Assembly: GCA_037445735.1 (NCBI GenBank)
Contig: JBBIJY010000005.1
Location: 59,381-123,380 of the forward strand
Length of the DNA: 64,000 bases
Direction of reading: 5' to 3'
Origin: Armatimonadota bacterium
Lineage (GTDB): Bacteria > Armatimonadota > Fimbriimonadia > Fimbriimonadales > GBS-DC
Below the pieces are notes generated by a model. The model did not search any database. It had not been told where the DNA came from and saw only the letters and a program-made list of their open reading frames with translations. A program made the translations under genes and the position numbers. Numbering within the stretch: the stretch's first letter is position 1; the number at the start of each line of letters is the position of its first letter. This document shows, in pieces, positions 40,474 to 50,638 of the stretch.

Positions 40474-41772
40474 ATGACATGGCGCAAATGGCTCTTATGG
40501 CTGATGGCGATGGCGATAATTGTGATGCTGAGTGCCTGCACCAGCCGTCCTGGCGGCTCTGCAGGCGGCACAGGCACAGCGGGCAGTTCAGGGATGGTGA
40601 ACCCCGCTGCGCGGCTGGCGAAACGCAACGCGGCGAAGGTGGTACAGCCGGCGCCAGAACCCGACCAGAATCGAATCGTGATTGGCGTCTATGCCGACCT
40701 CACAGGCGATAACTCCACCTTCGGCGAGGAGACGCGCAACGGTGTCACGCTGGCAGTGGAGGAGGCTAATCGCGCAGGCGGCGTGCTGGGCAAACCGGTG
40801 GTTGCCCGCTTTGAAGACACCCGCTCCGATCCCCAGCAGGCACGCAATGTGGTCACCAAGCTCATTCAGCAGGAGCGCGTGCTGGCAGTCATTGGCGAGG
40901 TCGCCAGCACCATGAGCCTGGCAGGCGGACCCATCTGCCAGAAGTACGGCGTGCCGATGATCTCGCCCTCATCCACCAACCCCGCCGTGACCGATCAGGG
41001 CAACTACATCTTCCGCGTGTGCTTCATCGACCCGTTTCAGGGCTATGTGATGGCGAAGTTCCTTGCCGAGAACCTGAAGGTCAAGCGGGTCGCCATCCTG
41101 TACGACAACTCCAGCGACTACAGCAAGGGGCTGGCGGAGTTCTTCCAGCAAAGTTTCCGCAAGATGGGCGGCGAAATCACCGATGTGCTGAGCTACAAGC
41201 CGCAGGACACCGACTTCCGCTCGCAATTGACCACCATTCGGGCAAAGAACCCCGAAGCCATCTATATTCCGGGCTATTACAAATCGGTGGGGCTGATTGC
41301 GCGTCAGGCGCGGGAACTGGGCATTAAGGTGCCGCTGGCAGGGGGTGACGGCTGGAGTTCGCCGAAGCTGGTGGAAGGCGCGGGCGGTCCCGGCAAAGCC
41401 ATCGAAGGCTGCTACTTCAGCGACCATTATGCACCCGACGACCCCGCCCCGCAGATTCAGGAGTTTGTGAAGAAGTATCGCCAGCGGTTCGGGCAGACAC
41501 CGGGCGGGCTGGCAGCGCTGGCGTATGACGCCGCGCGGGTGCTGTTCGCCGCCATCGAAAAAGCGGGCAAACTCGACCGCGCCGCCATCCGCGACGCAAT
41601 CGCCAATACCAGAAATTTCCCCGGCGTCACGGGCGTGATCACCATCAACGAGTTCGGCGATGCGGACAAGTCGGCGGTCGTGCTGCAGGTGAAAGGCAAC
41701 CGATTCGTGTTCGTCACACGCATCACGCCCGAAACTGCCACCACTGCCGCGAGCGCACGACAGGTAAAATAG
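40474..41772 (+). CDS. livK: Branched-chain amino acid ABC transporter substrate-binding lipoprotein
   Basis: Lipobox LSAC; PMISPSSTNP, FRVCFIDPFQG and GGDGW. Confidence 0.88.
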   Translation: MTWRKWLLWLMAMAIIVMLSACTSRPGGSAGGTGTAGSSGMVNPAARLAKRNAAKVVQPAPEPDQNRIVIGVYADLTGDNSTFGEETRNGVTLAVEEANRAGGVLGKPVVARFEDTRSDPQQARNVVTKLIQQERVLAVIGEVASTMSLAGGPICQKYGVPMISPSSTNPAVTDQGNYIFRVCFIDPFQGYVMAKFLAENLKVKRVAILYDNSSDYSKGLAEFFQQSFRKMGGEITDVLSYKPQDTDFRSQLTTIRAKNPEAIYIPGYYKSVGLIARQARELGIKVPLAGGDGWSSPKLVEGAGGPGKAIEGCYFSDHYAPDDPAPQIQEFVKKYRQRFGQTPGGLAALAYDAARVLFAAIEKAGKLDRAAIRDAIANTRNFPGVTGVITINEFGDADKSAVVLQVKGNRFVFVTRITPETATTAASARQVK

Positions 41773-41787
41773 AAGCCTGGCTATACG

Positions 41788-42699
41788 ATGGAACTGTCGA
41801 CGCTCGCACAGCAGCTGGTGAACGGTATTCAGAGCGGTGCGATCTATGCGCTGATTGCCGTCGGCTACACGATGGTCTACGGCATTCTGCGCATGATCAA
41901 TTTTGCGCACGGCGAGGTTTATATGGTGGGCGCGCTGGTCGCCTGGCTGGGCACCTCGCGCGACTGGTATGGCGTGGTGTCGCACGCCAGCACGGGTGGG
42001 CTGGTGCTGCTGATTGCGACAGCGATGCTGGTTTGCATGACGCTGGGCGTGCTCATTGAACGCTTAGCCTATCGCCCCCTGCGCCATGCGCCACGCCTGA
42101 TCGTGCTGATCACCGCGATTGGAATGTCGTTCCTGCTGCAGAACCTCGCGCTGATTTTATTCGGCGCGGATCCCAAGACGGTGCCGCTCACCTGGCGCAC
42201 GGTGCAGCTGGGCGGCATCAGCGTCAGTCTGGGGCAGCTGGTGCTGTTGATTGCCTCACTCTCGTTTATGGCGGGTCTGCAACTGCTGGTGAAGCGCACG
42301 CAGTTCGGGCGGGCGATGCGCGCAGTGTCGGAAGATTTTCAGGCGGCGGCACTGATGGGCGTGCCGTATGATCGGGTGATTGTCGGCACCTTTGCGATCG
42401 GGGCGGCGCTGGCGGGCGCAGGCGGCGCGATGACCGCCATCTTCGTCGGCGCACCCGTCACGCCCACCTTCGGCTTTATGCCCGGCGTCAAAGCGTTCGT
42501 GTCAGCCGTGCTGGGCGGGATTGGCAATATCCCTGGCGCGGTGCTGGGCGGGCTTCTGCTGGGCGTGATTGAAGCGCTGGTGGGCGGCAATCCGACGCTC
42601 AGCCCGTTCCGCGATGCCGTCGCCTTCTGCCTGCTGATTGCGGTGCTGCTGTTCCGCCCCGCAGGGCTGTTGGGGCGCGCGGTTCAGGAGAAGGTGTGA
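41788..42699 (+). CDS. livH: Branched-chain amino acid ABC permease
   Basis: YALIAVGYTMVYGILRMINFAHGE and AVLGGIGNIPGA. Confidence 0.93.
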   Translation: MELSTLAQQLVNGIQSGAIYALIAVGYTMVYGILRMINFAHGEVYMVGALVAWLGTSRDWYGVVSHASTGGLVLLIATAMLVCMTLGVLIERLAYRPLRHAPRLIVLITAIGMSFLLQNLALILFGADPKTVPLTWRTVQLGGISVSLGQLVLLIASLSFMAGLQLLVKRTQFGRAMRAVSEDFQAAALMGVPYDRVIVGTFAIGAALAGAGGAMTAIFVGAPVTPTFGFMPGVKAFVSAVLGGIGNIPGAVLGGLLLGVIEALVGGNPTLSPFRDAVAFCLLIAVLLFRPAGLLGRAVQEKV

Positions 42700-42700
42700 G

Positions 42701-43816
42701 ATGGTGCGGCAGGCTCTCTGGTGTGGGGTTGCGATTATCATCTGCTGGGCGCTGGATCGCCTGCTACAGGCGGCGGTCTACGGGCAATGGTTCGGCTGGC
42801 TCACCGACTACACCTATCGCGCGTTTATTCTGGTGCCGTTGCTGTTCGTCACGCTGGCGGTGAGCCTCAATTTGATTAATGGCATCACGGGTCAGTTCTC
42901 GCTGGGGCACGCGGGCTTCTTTGCGGTGGGCGCGTATCTTTCGGCGGGCTTCTCGGTTTATTTTGCGTCGGGCTGGCTGGCGCAGGTGCCGCCCGCATGG
43001 CAGGGTATGGCGCAGTTCGGCTTGCTGCTGATGGCAGCGCTGATCGGTGCAGGGGCAGCGGCACTGTTCGGCTTGATTGTGGGCATTCCGACATTGCGCC
43101 TGCGCGGGGACTATCTGGCGATTGCCACGCTCGGCTTCGGCGAGATTGTGCGCGTGCTGTTTGAGAACCTCGATCTGTTCGGCGCTCAGCGCGGCTTCAC
43201 GGGCATCCCCACCTGGGTGGGCTTCGGATTTTGCTGGTACGCGCTGCTGGCGATAGGCTGCATCGCCGTCTCGCGCAACCTGCTCAAAAGCACGCACGGG
43301 CTGGCGTTCCTCTCAGTGCGTGAAGACGAGACCGCTGCCGAAGTGATGGGTGTGCCCACCACCTACTACAAAGTTGCCGCCTTTGTGATTGGCGCGATGT
43401 TCGCGGGCGCGGCGGGCGCTCTGCTCGCCCATCGTGAAGGCTCCATCTATCCCGTCGATTTCAAGATGGACATCTCGATTATCGTGGTGACGATGGTGGT
43501 GCTGGGCGGTCAGGGCAGCATCACGGGTTCGGTGCTGGCGGGCGCGGGGCTGAAAATGCTGGAGGAGCTGCTGCGCCTGCTGCCTGTGGTCACCCTGTTC
43601 GGGCGTGAGTTCCAGCCGAGCGATTTCCGCATGCTGGCGTTCGCGCTGGTGCTGATCCTCACGATGATTTTCCGTCCGCAGGGTCTGCTGGGTCATCGGG
43701 AGCTGAGCTGGGCGACCCTGCGCCGCTGGCTGTGGCGCTCGCCGAAGCGGGTCAGTGCGCCGCCAGCTGAAGCCATCTCGATCAGTGGCGAAGGGGAGCA
43801 GATGCGACAGCCATGA
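42701..43816 (+). CDS. livM: Branched-chain amino acid ABC permease
   Basis: GQFSLGHAGF and LRLRGDYLAIATLGFGEI. Confidence 0.93.
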   Translation: MVRQALWCGVAIIICWALDRLLQAAVYGQWFGWLTDYTYRAFILVPLLFVTLAVSLNLINGITGQFSLGHAGFFAVGAYLSAGFSVYFASGWLAQVPPAWQGMAQFGLLLMAALIGAGAAALFGLIVGIPTLRLRGDYLAIATLGFGEIVRVLFENLDLFGAQRGFTGIPTWVGFGFCWYALLAIGCIAVSRNLLKSTHGLAFLSVREDETAAEVMGVPTTYYKVAAFVIGAMFAGAAGALLAHREGSIYPVDFKMDISIIVVTMVVLGGQGSITGSVLAGAGLKMLEELLRLLPVVTLFGREFQPSDFRMLAFALVLILTMIFRPQGLLGHRELSWATLRRWLWRSPKRVSAPPAEAISISGEGEQMRQP

Positions 43817-44583
43817 AGACGCCGCTACTCCAGCTGCAGCAGGTGACGATGCGTTTCGGGGGGCTGATCGCCGTGCGCAGCCTCTCGCTCGAAGTGTATT
43901 CGGGCGAGCTGGTGGGGCTGATCGGTCCCAACGGCGCGGGCAAGACCACCGTGTTCAATGTGATTACGGGCATCTATCGCCCGACGGAGGGCGACATCCG
44001 CTTTCAGGGTCGCTCGCTGGTGGGACTGAAACCGCATCAGATCACGCGGCTGGGCATCGCCCGCACCTTCCAGAACATTCGGCTCTTTCGCGGGCTGACC
44101 GTGCTGGAGAATGTGCGTGTCGGCGCGTTCGTGCGCCATCGCACGCGCCTGTGGCAGGCAGCATTACGCCTCAAAGCGGTGGAAAAAGAGGACGCCGAGC
44201 TGGAAGCGTACGCCCGCCACTGGCTAAAAGTGCTGGAACTGAGCGAGGTCGCCGATGTGCGCGCCTCCGCGCTGCCCTACGGACTGCAACGCCGCGTGGA
44301 AATCGCCCGCGCACTCGCCACCCAACCCCAGCTGATCCTGCTGGACGAACCTGCCGCAGGCATGAACCCGAACGAGAGCGAGGAACTGATGCACCTGATT
44401 CGTCGCCTGCGCGACGAGTTCGGCGTCACGGTTCTGCTGATTGAACACGACATGCGCGTGGTGATGGGCATCTGCGAGCGCGTGCTGGTGCTGGACTACG
44501 GCGAGCTGATCGCCGAGGGTCCGCCCGAAGCGATTCGCAACGACCCGCGCGTGATCGAAGCCTATCTGGGGGAACCTGTATGA
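43813..44583 (+). CDS. livG: Branched-chain amino acid ABC ATPase
   Basis: GPNGAGKTT, ARTFQNIRLF, LDEPAAG and VIEAYLG. Confidence 0.95.
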   Translation: MKTPLLQLQQVTMRFGGLIAVRSLSLEVYSGELVGLIGPNGAGKTTVFNVITGIYRPTEGDIRFQGRSLVGLKPHQITRLGIARTFQNIRLFRGLTVLENVRVGAFVRHRTRLWQAALRLKAVEKEDAELEAYARHWLKVLELSEVADVRASALPYGLQRRVEIARALATQPQLILLDEPAAGMNPNESEELMHLIRRLRDEFGVTVLLIEHDMRVVMGICERVLVLDYGELIAEGPPEAIRNDPRVIEAYLGEPV

Positions 44584-45293
44584 GCGAGACGATTCTGGAG
44601 GTGCGCGACCTGCATGTGGCGTACGGGGCGATTCAGGCGTTGAAGGGCGTGTCGCTCACCGTTCAGCGCGGCGAGATCACCACGATTATCGGGGCGAACG
44701 GCGCGGGCAAAAGCACGCTGCTGCGCGCGATCTCCGCGCTGGTGCGCCCGACGCGGGGCACCATCCGCTTCGAAAATAGCGACATCACGCGCCTGCCGCC
44801 GCACCGCATTGTGCAGATGGGCATCATCCATGTGCCGGAGGGGCGGCGCATCTTCGCCGAGATGAGCGTGTACGAGAATCTACTGCTGGGCGCGTATAGC
44901 CAGTGGGGTCGCGACCTGAACGAGCGGCTGGAGCGCGTGTTCGCCATCTTCCCGCGCCTCAAGGAGCGGCTCAATCAGCGGGCAGGCACACTTTCAGGCG
45001 GCGAGCAGCAGATGCTGGCGATTGGACGCGCTTTAATGGCGCGACCCCGCCTGCTGATGCTGGATGAACCCTCGCTGGGGCTGGCGCCCTTCCTGGTGCG
45101 CGAAATCTTTCAGATTATCCGTCAGATCAACCAGCAGGGCGTGCCGATCCTGCTGGTGGAGCAGAACGCGCACATGGCGCTGGAGATTGCCCATCGGGGC
45201 TATGTGCTGGAGACGGGGCGCGTGGTGCTGACCGACACGGCGGCGAACCTGCTGCGCAACCCTGCCGTGCGCGAAGCCTACCTCGGCGGCTGA
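44580..45293 (+). CDS. livF: Branched-chain amino acid ABC ATPase
   Basis: GANGAGKST, VPEGRRIF, LSGGEQQM and LDEPSLGLAP. Confidence 0.95.
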   Translation: MSETILEVRDLHVAYGAIQALKGVSLTVQRGEITTIIGANGAGKSTLLRAISALVRPTRGTIRFENSDITRLPPHRIVQMGIIHVPEGRRIFAEMSVYENLLLGAYSQWGRDLNERLERVFAIFPRLKERLNQRAGTLSGGEQQMLAIGRALMARPRLLMLDEPSLGLAPFLVREIFQIIRQINQQGVPILLVEQNAHMALEIAHRGYVLETGRVVLTDTAANLLRNPAVREAYLGG

Positions 45294-45304
45294 CTGACAA
45301 TCAT

Positions 45305-46417
45305 GTGGCTGTGATGGAGATCGAAACCTACCGTGAAGGGGCAGTGGAGTTTCGGTTGCCGCGCGAGAAGCGGCTGTTTTATAATCCGCGGGCGCGGCTG
45401 GGTCGCGATCTGGGCGTGCTGGCGATGCGGGCGGAGGCGGAACGGCTGGAGCGCCCGCTGGAGGTGCTGGAGCTGATGGCGGGCGCGGGACTGCGCACGC
45501 GCCGCTACCTCGCCGAGGCGCCCGTCGCCCACATCGTCGCCAACGACGCCAACTACGATGCCTTCGCCGTCCTCCAGCAAGCCCTGCAGGACGAGCCGCG
45601 CGCCGAACTGCATCACGAGTTAGCCCAGCGACTGCTCGCCCGATTCTATCTGGAAGACCGCCGATTCGACTGGATCGACCTTGACCCGTTCGGCTCGCCC
45701 GCGCCGTTTGTGGCGTGGACAACGGGCGTCATTCGCTGGGAGGGGCTGCTCTATGTGACGGCGACCGATGCGCCCGTGCTGTGCGGCGCCCAGCGCGGCG
45801 AGGCGATGAAGTCATACGACGCCGTGTCCGCTCTGGGGCGCGAGTGCCACGAGTTCGGACTGCGAATCCTGGTGGGCTTCCTGCAACGGCGACTGGTGCA
45901 GGCGAATATGCATGGCGTTCCCCTGTTCAGCCTGTTCGATGGCTACTGCTGGCGCGTGCTGATGCGCGCCTTCAAGGGCACGCGCGCGTTCAACGCCGAA
46001 CATCTGGGCTTTATCGCGCAGATGCCCGACGGCGAGTATCGGGTGGCGCACGCGGGCGTGCCCGCACCCGTGATTCACGAATATGACCCGTCGCGGACGG
46101 TGCGCTGGATCGGTCCCCTCTGGCTCGGACCCCTGCACGACCACGCTTTTCTGGGCGCGATGTTCCGCCAGGCGCACGAGGAGCATTTCGCGGACGCCCG
46201 CCGCATGCTGACCAAACTCAATCGGGAGCTGGACGAGCTGCCGATTGTGTATAGCCTGCCCGCGCTGGCGGATCAGTTAGACCGTTCGGTGCCGCCGACG
46301 CGCGAGGCGGTTCGTTTTTTGCGCGAGCAGGGCTACCGCGCCTCGCCCGTACATCACTCTGGCAACTCCATCCGCACCGACGCGCCCTTCTCCGTGGTGC
46401 TGCGCCTGTGGGAGTAA
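45305..46417 (+). CDS. trm1: tRNA (guanine26-N2)-dimethyltransferase Trm1-like
   Basis: FYNP...RDL, AGAGLRTRRY, ANDAN, IDLDPFGSPAPF, VTATD, GPLWLGPLHD and RTDAP. Confidence 0.85.
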   Translation: MAVMEIETYREGAVEFRLPREKRLFYNPRARLGRDLGVLAMRAEAERLERPLEVLELMAGAGLRTRRYLAEAPVAHIVANDANYDAFAVLQQALQDEPRAELHHELAQRLLARFYLEDRRFDWIDLDPFGSPAPFVAWTTGVIRWEGLLYVTATDAPVLCGAQRGEAMKSYDAVSALGRECHEFGLRILVGFLQRRLVQANMHGVPLFSLFDGYCWRVLMRAFKGTRAFNAEHLGFIAQMPDGEYRVAHAGVPAPVIHEYDPSRTVRWIGPLWLGPLHDHAFLGAMFRQAHEEHFADARRMLTKLNRELDELPIVYSLPALADQLDRSVPPTREAVRFLREQGYRASPVHHSGNSIRTDAPFSVVLRLWE

Positions 46418-46464
46418 GGTGAGCGATCTTCTGGGGCGGGGACACCCCCGCCACGCGAAGCCCA

Positions 46465-47712
46465 TCACTCACTCAGGTGAGCGGGTTCCTGAACGGTTTC
46501 CAGCGGTGGCAGGGTGAGGCGGTCGCGCAGGTTGTCCACCGCATGCTGCCACGGGCGCACCTCGTCGTCCGTCGCGCCGTACAGAATGATGCGGTCGATG
46601 AAGGCGTTCTCATGTAGCAGGAAGTCGCTGATGGCATCGATGACGGTCTGGGCGAAGTCGTCGCGTGCCAGACCGTCTTCCCATGAGGGTGCGGGTATCA
46701 GCAGGGTGCGCATCGCCTGCTCATGCGCGAGTTGCATCGCGGCGGTGGTCGCCTGATGCAGGGTCTCGCGTTGCACGGGCGTCTCTTCATCGTGGATGGC
46801 AAGATGCACCACCCAGCGGATGGGCAGGTTGCCGCCGGGGGTGTAGGTGGCGCTGCCAGGCAGGATGGGCGCGACCTCCTTTATCTTTTCACACAGCGGC
46901 TTGCCCCCGAACCGGATGAGGGGCGCACCGAGCGACGAGATGGGCACGAACGCCGCGCCGCGCATCAGCAGCCCTATCGCGTTCAGCTGCGGATCGGTGA
47001 AGTGCCACAGCCCATCGGCGGGGATGGACAGCCAGCCTGGTTTCTTGCGCCACCAGCCAGTGGGAGGCGATTCCTCCACATGCAGCAGTGTATGGCGTAC
47101 ACGCAGCATATAGGGATACGGCTCGAAGCCTGCGTCGGCAATCCAGCCCAGTATCTGCCGATACGCCCAGGCGTTCGCAGGCTCGAAGCAGAGCAGGCGA
47201 ACACGACGGATGCTCTCCGGGCGGTGGTGCGCTATCACTTCGGCGAGCGTCCAGGCGGTCTCTTCGGCGAAGGCGCGACACAGGTGGGGCGTATAGTCGG
47301 CGATGGCGACAGTATGAGCATTGAGTTCGGCGGCTTTTTCGAGCGCGGCGGTCAGCGCCTCCCGCTGCAGTTCGGCGTCGGTGGTCTGCAGCTCGTCAAA
47401 GATGTTCACATGCACGATTTTTTTGAAGCGGGTGCGTCCGCCGCTGGTGACGGCGACCCCTTTTGGGGGCAGGGGCGCCAGGCGCACCGCTTCGTCCTCC
47501 ACCAGATTGAACGCCGCCAGGTCGCGCACCTGCTTGCGGACACCCTTCACCATGCGGAGCGTCTGGTCGGCAGCCAGGATCAGCGCGTCGGCGGGTAGAC
47601 GGTGCAGGCTGGTGTGCGCAAAGGCATACAGTTCGACCGTCGCGCCGCCAATCTCATAGCGGGCAATCGGCGCCATCCGTGTCAGCCATGGATGCTGCTG
47701 CATCGTCCACAC
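46465..47712 (-). CDS. Protein with two degenerate macro domains
   Basis: ADALILAAD...VAVTSGGRTRFKKIVHV and ATYTPGGNLPIRWVVHLA...LLIPA. Confidence 0.65.
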   Translation of the reverse strand: MWTMQQHPWLTRMAPIARYEIGGATVELYAFAHTSLHRLPADALILAADQTLRMVKGVRKQVRDLAAFNLVEDEAVRLAPLPPKGVAVTSGGRTRFKKIVHVNIFDELQTTDAELQREALTAALEKAAELNAHTVAIADYTPHLCRAFAEETAWTLAEVIAHHRPESIRRVRLLCFEPANAWAYRQILGWIADAGFEPYPYMLRVRHTLLHVEESPPTGWWRKKPGWLSIPADGLWHFTDPQLNAIGLLMRGAAFVPISSLGAPLIRFGGKPLCEKIKEVAPILPGSATYTPGGNLPIRWVVHLAIHDEETPVQRETLHQATTAAMQLAHEQAMRTLLIPAPSWEDGLARDDFAQTVIDAISDFLLHENAFIDRIILYGATDDEVRPWQHAVDNLRDRLTLPPLETVQEPAHLSE

Positions 47713-47881
47713 CTCCTATCGCAGGTTCCAGAGGGGGATTATACCTGCTGTGAGGTGGATTGGAGCGCAGCGGGGTCTGGGTGAAGGTTTTTGCGAGGGC
47801 GAGCGGGGCGTGCCGGCAAAGCGGCGCTTTTGCGTACCGGCACGCTGCGTCTCCCTGACAGCGATCTCCGAGGCGGTGAAC

Positions 47882-49090
47882 TCAGAAGCCGTCACCAACC
47901 TGCCCGAAATTGAACAGCACAATCAGCAGGTCGGCGTCGTCAATCACCGCGTCACCGTTCACATCTGCGGGCTGGTTCGAACCCGTCTGCCCGAAGGCGA
48001 ACAGCACCTGCAGCAGATCGGCGTCGTCGACCACATTATCGCCGTTCACATCGCCGTTGATGAGCGTGAAGTTTTGCGTGGTGGTGCCGTTCAGGGTCAG
48101 GCTCACCTTGCGGGCTAAGCCCGGAGGCGCCTGCATCAGCACTTCGGCAGCGCCCTGCTCGCGAACCTGCACTGAGTAGATACCCGAATCGCTCAAGGTG
48201 GTGGTGTAGGTGTTGATGGTACTGCCCTGTCGGATGCGGATGGTCGCCTGACGCCCCGCATAGCTGCCCACAAAGCCGTCGATGCTCACAACGCCCTGCA
48301 GAGTGGTGGCGGGTGTGGCATCGCCCCAGATGCGCAGCCCGAAGGTCGCCTGCACGCCGCCCTCCAGACCGTAGTACTGATACACATCCTCCTGATTGTC
48401 AGGTTCGTACTGAATAAAGTAATCAAAGTTCGGGTCGCCGGGCAGGTTGCCGCACACCCACGCGCCGGGGCTGGAGACGCGCAAGCCGAGATAGAACACG
48501 AACATGTTGTTGAAATCCTGCCCCAGCTGACCCGCCTGCACGGTGAACACCTCGTTGTTCGGGTCGGGGTTCGTGCCGAGCCGCCATACGCCTGCCTGCG
48601 GCACAAAGAGGTTATGCGGTCCCTCATTGCTTCGCAGGAAGGTCGCCGGCGGCGCGAAGCTCGGATAGGGCGGAAAGTCGTTATCGGCGCCCGTCCAGAA
48701 GCCCTGAATCGTGTAGTAGCCTATGCGCGGGAAGTAGACCATCACCTCCACGCGGCTGACGCGGAACCGTCCCTGCCCGCTCGGATCCAGATAGGGATAA
48801 ATCTGCACATCGTCCAGCGCGATTTTGCCCTCGCTGTCATAGGCGTAATATTGACCCGAGGTCGCCCAGCGGTAGTAAAGCAGCTGGTCGGCAGGGAAAA
48901 AGTCGCCACGATCGCCGGGTTGCCAGCGCGGAAGCACGGGCTGAAAGAGGTTGCCGGGACGAAAGACCTGGATCACCTTCACATTCTCCAGTCGTTCGAT
49001 CAGCTCCCACCCGCCCAGCGGCTGCCAGCCGCTTTGCGCCAGGAGCATCGCCGCCATCACGCTCAATAATCCCGCTATGAGTTGTCGCAT
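47882..49090 (-). CDS. Secreted protein with C-terminal dockerin/EF-hand-like duplicated motif
   Basis: Signal peptide; GDVNGDNVVDDADLLQVLFAFG...ADVNGDAVIDDADLLIVLFNFG. Confidence 0.85.
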   Translation of the reverse strand: MRQLIAGLLSVMAAMLLAQSGWQPLGGWELIERLENVKVIQVFRPGNLFQPVLPRWQPGDRGDFFPADQLLYYRWATSGQYYAYDSEGKIALDDVQIYPYLDPSGQGRFRVSRVEVMVYFPRIGYYTIQGFWTGADNDFPPYPSFAPPATFLRSNEGPHNLFVPQAGVWRLGTNPDPNNEVFTVQAGQLGQDFNNMFVFYLGLRVSSPGAWVCGNLPGDPNFDYFIQYEPDNQEDVYQYYGLEGGVQATFGLRIWGDATPATTLQGVVSIDGFVGSYAGRQATIRIRQGSTINTYTTTLSDSGIYSVQVREQGAAEVLMQAPPGLARKVSLTLNGTTTQNFTLINGDVNGDNVVDDADLLQVLFAFGQTGSNQPADVNGDAVIDDADLLIVLFNFGQVGDGF

Positions 49091-49162
49091 GCTGTGCCTC
49101 CTTCCGATGCGCCGTGTGGAACACGGTCGCCGTCTCTATTATATCCCAATTGCTACCGTTTA

Positions 49163-50638
49163 TCAGGGATTGGACGGCTCGTGATGGTGCGGGGGTTCCC
49201 TGTGCTCCAGGGGCAGGATGCCGAATCCCACATACTTGGGCACGCTCATGCGCTCGATGCGCTGGAGCATATCCTCAAAGCACATGTGATGCTCCTGCAG
49301 GTCGCGCCGCACGATGGGGTCTAAATGCAACGCAGGCAGATCATTAATATGCACGCTCAGCGCTCGCACGCGCCGCGCGAAGGTGAACGCCTCCGTCAGC
49401 TCGCAGGTGTAGATAGCGGTGTGAAGGTCGATATCGAACTGATTGAGGCGTTCGATCACCTCGTCCAGCATGCGATACGACTGCAAAATAATCACGGGAC
49501 CGAACACGGCTTCGCGATAGATGCGAATCTCGCTGGACACATTCTGCAGCAGCGTGGGCAGGTAGAATGGCGACTGGCTGCTGCCGCCTGTCAGCACCGT
49601 CGCGCCGTTTTGCAGAGCCTCCTGCACCCACTCTTCGATGCGCTGGACGGCTGCAGGGTTAATCAGTGGCGCGAGCGTGGTGGTCTCTTCGAGCGGGTCG
49701 CCAGGTCGCAGCGCTTCCACTTTGGGCACCAGATGCTGGAGCAGCGGTTCATAGAGGCTTTCGTGCGCCAGCACATGCTGGATGGCGGTGGGCGTCTGAC
49801 CGCTGAGGGCGAACCCGCTCTGGGTAATCAGTTCGGCGACGGCTTCGGGATCGGCGGAGGGCGTGACAACGAGCGCGCTCATCGCGTCCAGCTCCATCTC
49901 GATGCGTTTGGCGCCGCCGAGCGCAGGCAGGCTGAGACCGACCTCACGGCTGCCCGTGAACACGAGCAGGTCAACCTCGGGTTCGGCTGCGAGCGCCTGA
50001 CCGACCTCCTCGCCTGTGCCCGTGATAACGCTGAGCGCTTCGGGCGGCACGCCTGCGCGATAGAGCAGCAGCCCCAGTCGCAGGCAGGTCAGCGGCGCCT
50101 CGCGCGACGGCTTGAGAATGACGGCATTCCCCGCTGCCAGCGCGGGCGCCACCTTCTGCGCGGCGTGCGCCAGCGGCAGGTTGAACGCCAGAATCGATGC
50201 CACGACGCCCATCGGCTCGCGACCCCAGAAGCCGAACCGCGCCGCGCCGTCGGTGAATGATTCGGGCGGGAACTGATAGGCGCGCGGATGCATGCACGCC
50301 TCCGCGCCCAGCTCGAACAGCGTGATAGCGCGTTCCACCTCCGCGCGCGCCTCGCTGATGCGCTTGCCCGTCTCCTGCACCAGCAGCGTTGCCAGCGACG
50401 CCCGCTCCTGCCGCAACAGGTTCGCCACCTGGCGCAAAATCGCCGCCCGCTGCGCCAGCGGCATCCGTCGCATCTGCTCCGCGCCGTAGCGAGCCAGCTT
50501 CACTGCCTGCTCCACATGGGCAGCCGTGCCCCGCGCTATGTGATCAATCACCTCGCCCCGATAGGGGTCCAGCACCTCCAGCCACTGGTCTGCCCCCACC
50601 AGATGTCCACCTATCAGCATCTTTTGCATCGTTCTCAC
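49163..50638 (-). CDS. Aldehyde dehydrogenase-fold protein lacking the catalytic Cys
   Basis: KVAPALAAGNAVILKPS, FTGS and EAVFGPV present; GQxC reads GQTP and ELGG reads ELDA. Confidence 0.85.
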   Translation of the reverse strand: MRTMQKMLIGGHLVGADQWLEVLDPYRGEVIDHIARGTAAHVEQAVKLARYGAEQMRRMPLAQRAAILRQVANLLRQERASLATLLVQETGKRISEARAEVERAITLFELGAEACMHPRAYQFPPESFTDGAARFGFWGREPMGVVASILAFNLPLAHAAQKVAPALAAGNAVILKPSREAPLTCLRLGLLLYRAGVPPEALSVITGTGEEVGQALAAEPEVDLLVFTGSREVGLSLPALGGAKRIEMELDAMSALVVTPSADPEAVAELITQSGFALSGQTPTAIQHVLAHESLYEPLLQHLVPKVEALRPGDPLEETTTLAPLINPAAVQRIEEWVQEALQNGATVLTGGSSQSPFYLPTLLQNVSSEIRIYREAVFGPVIILQSYRMLDEVIERLNQFDIDLHTAIYTCELTEAFTFARRVRALSVHINDLPALHLDPIVRRDLQEHHMCFEDMLQRIERMSVPKYVGFGILPLEHREPPHHHEPSNP

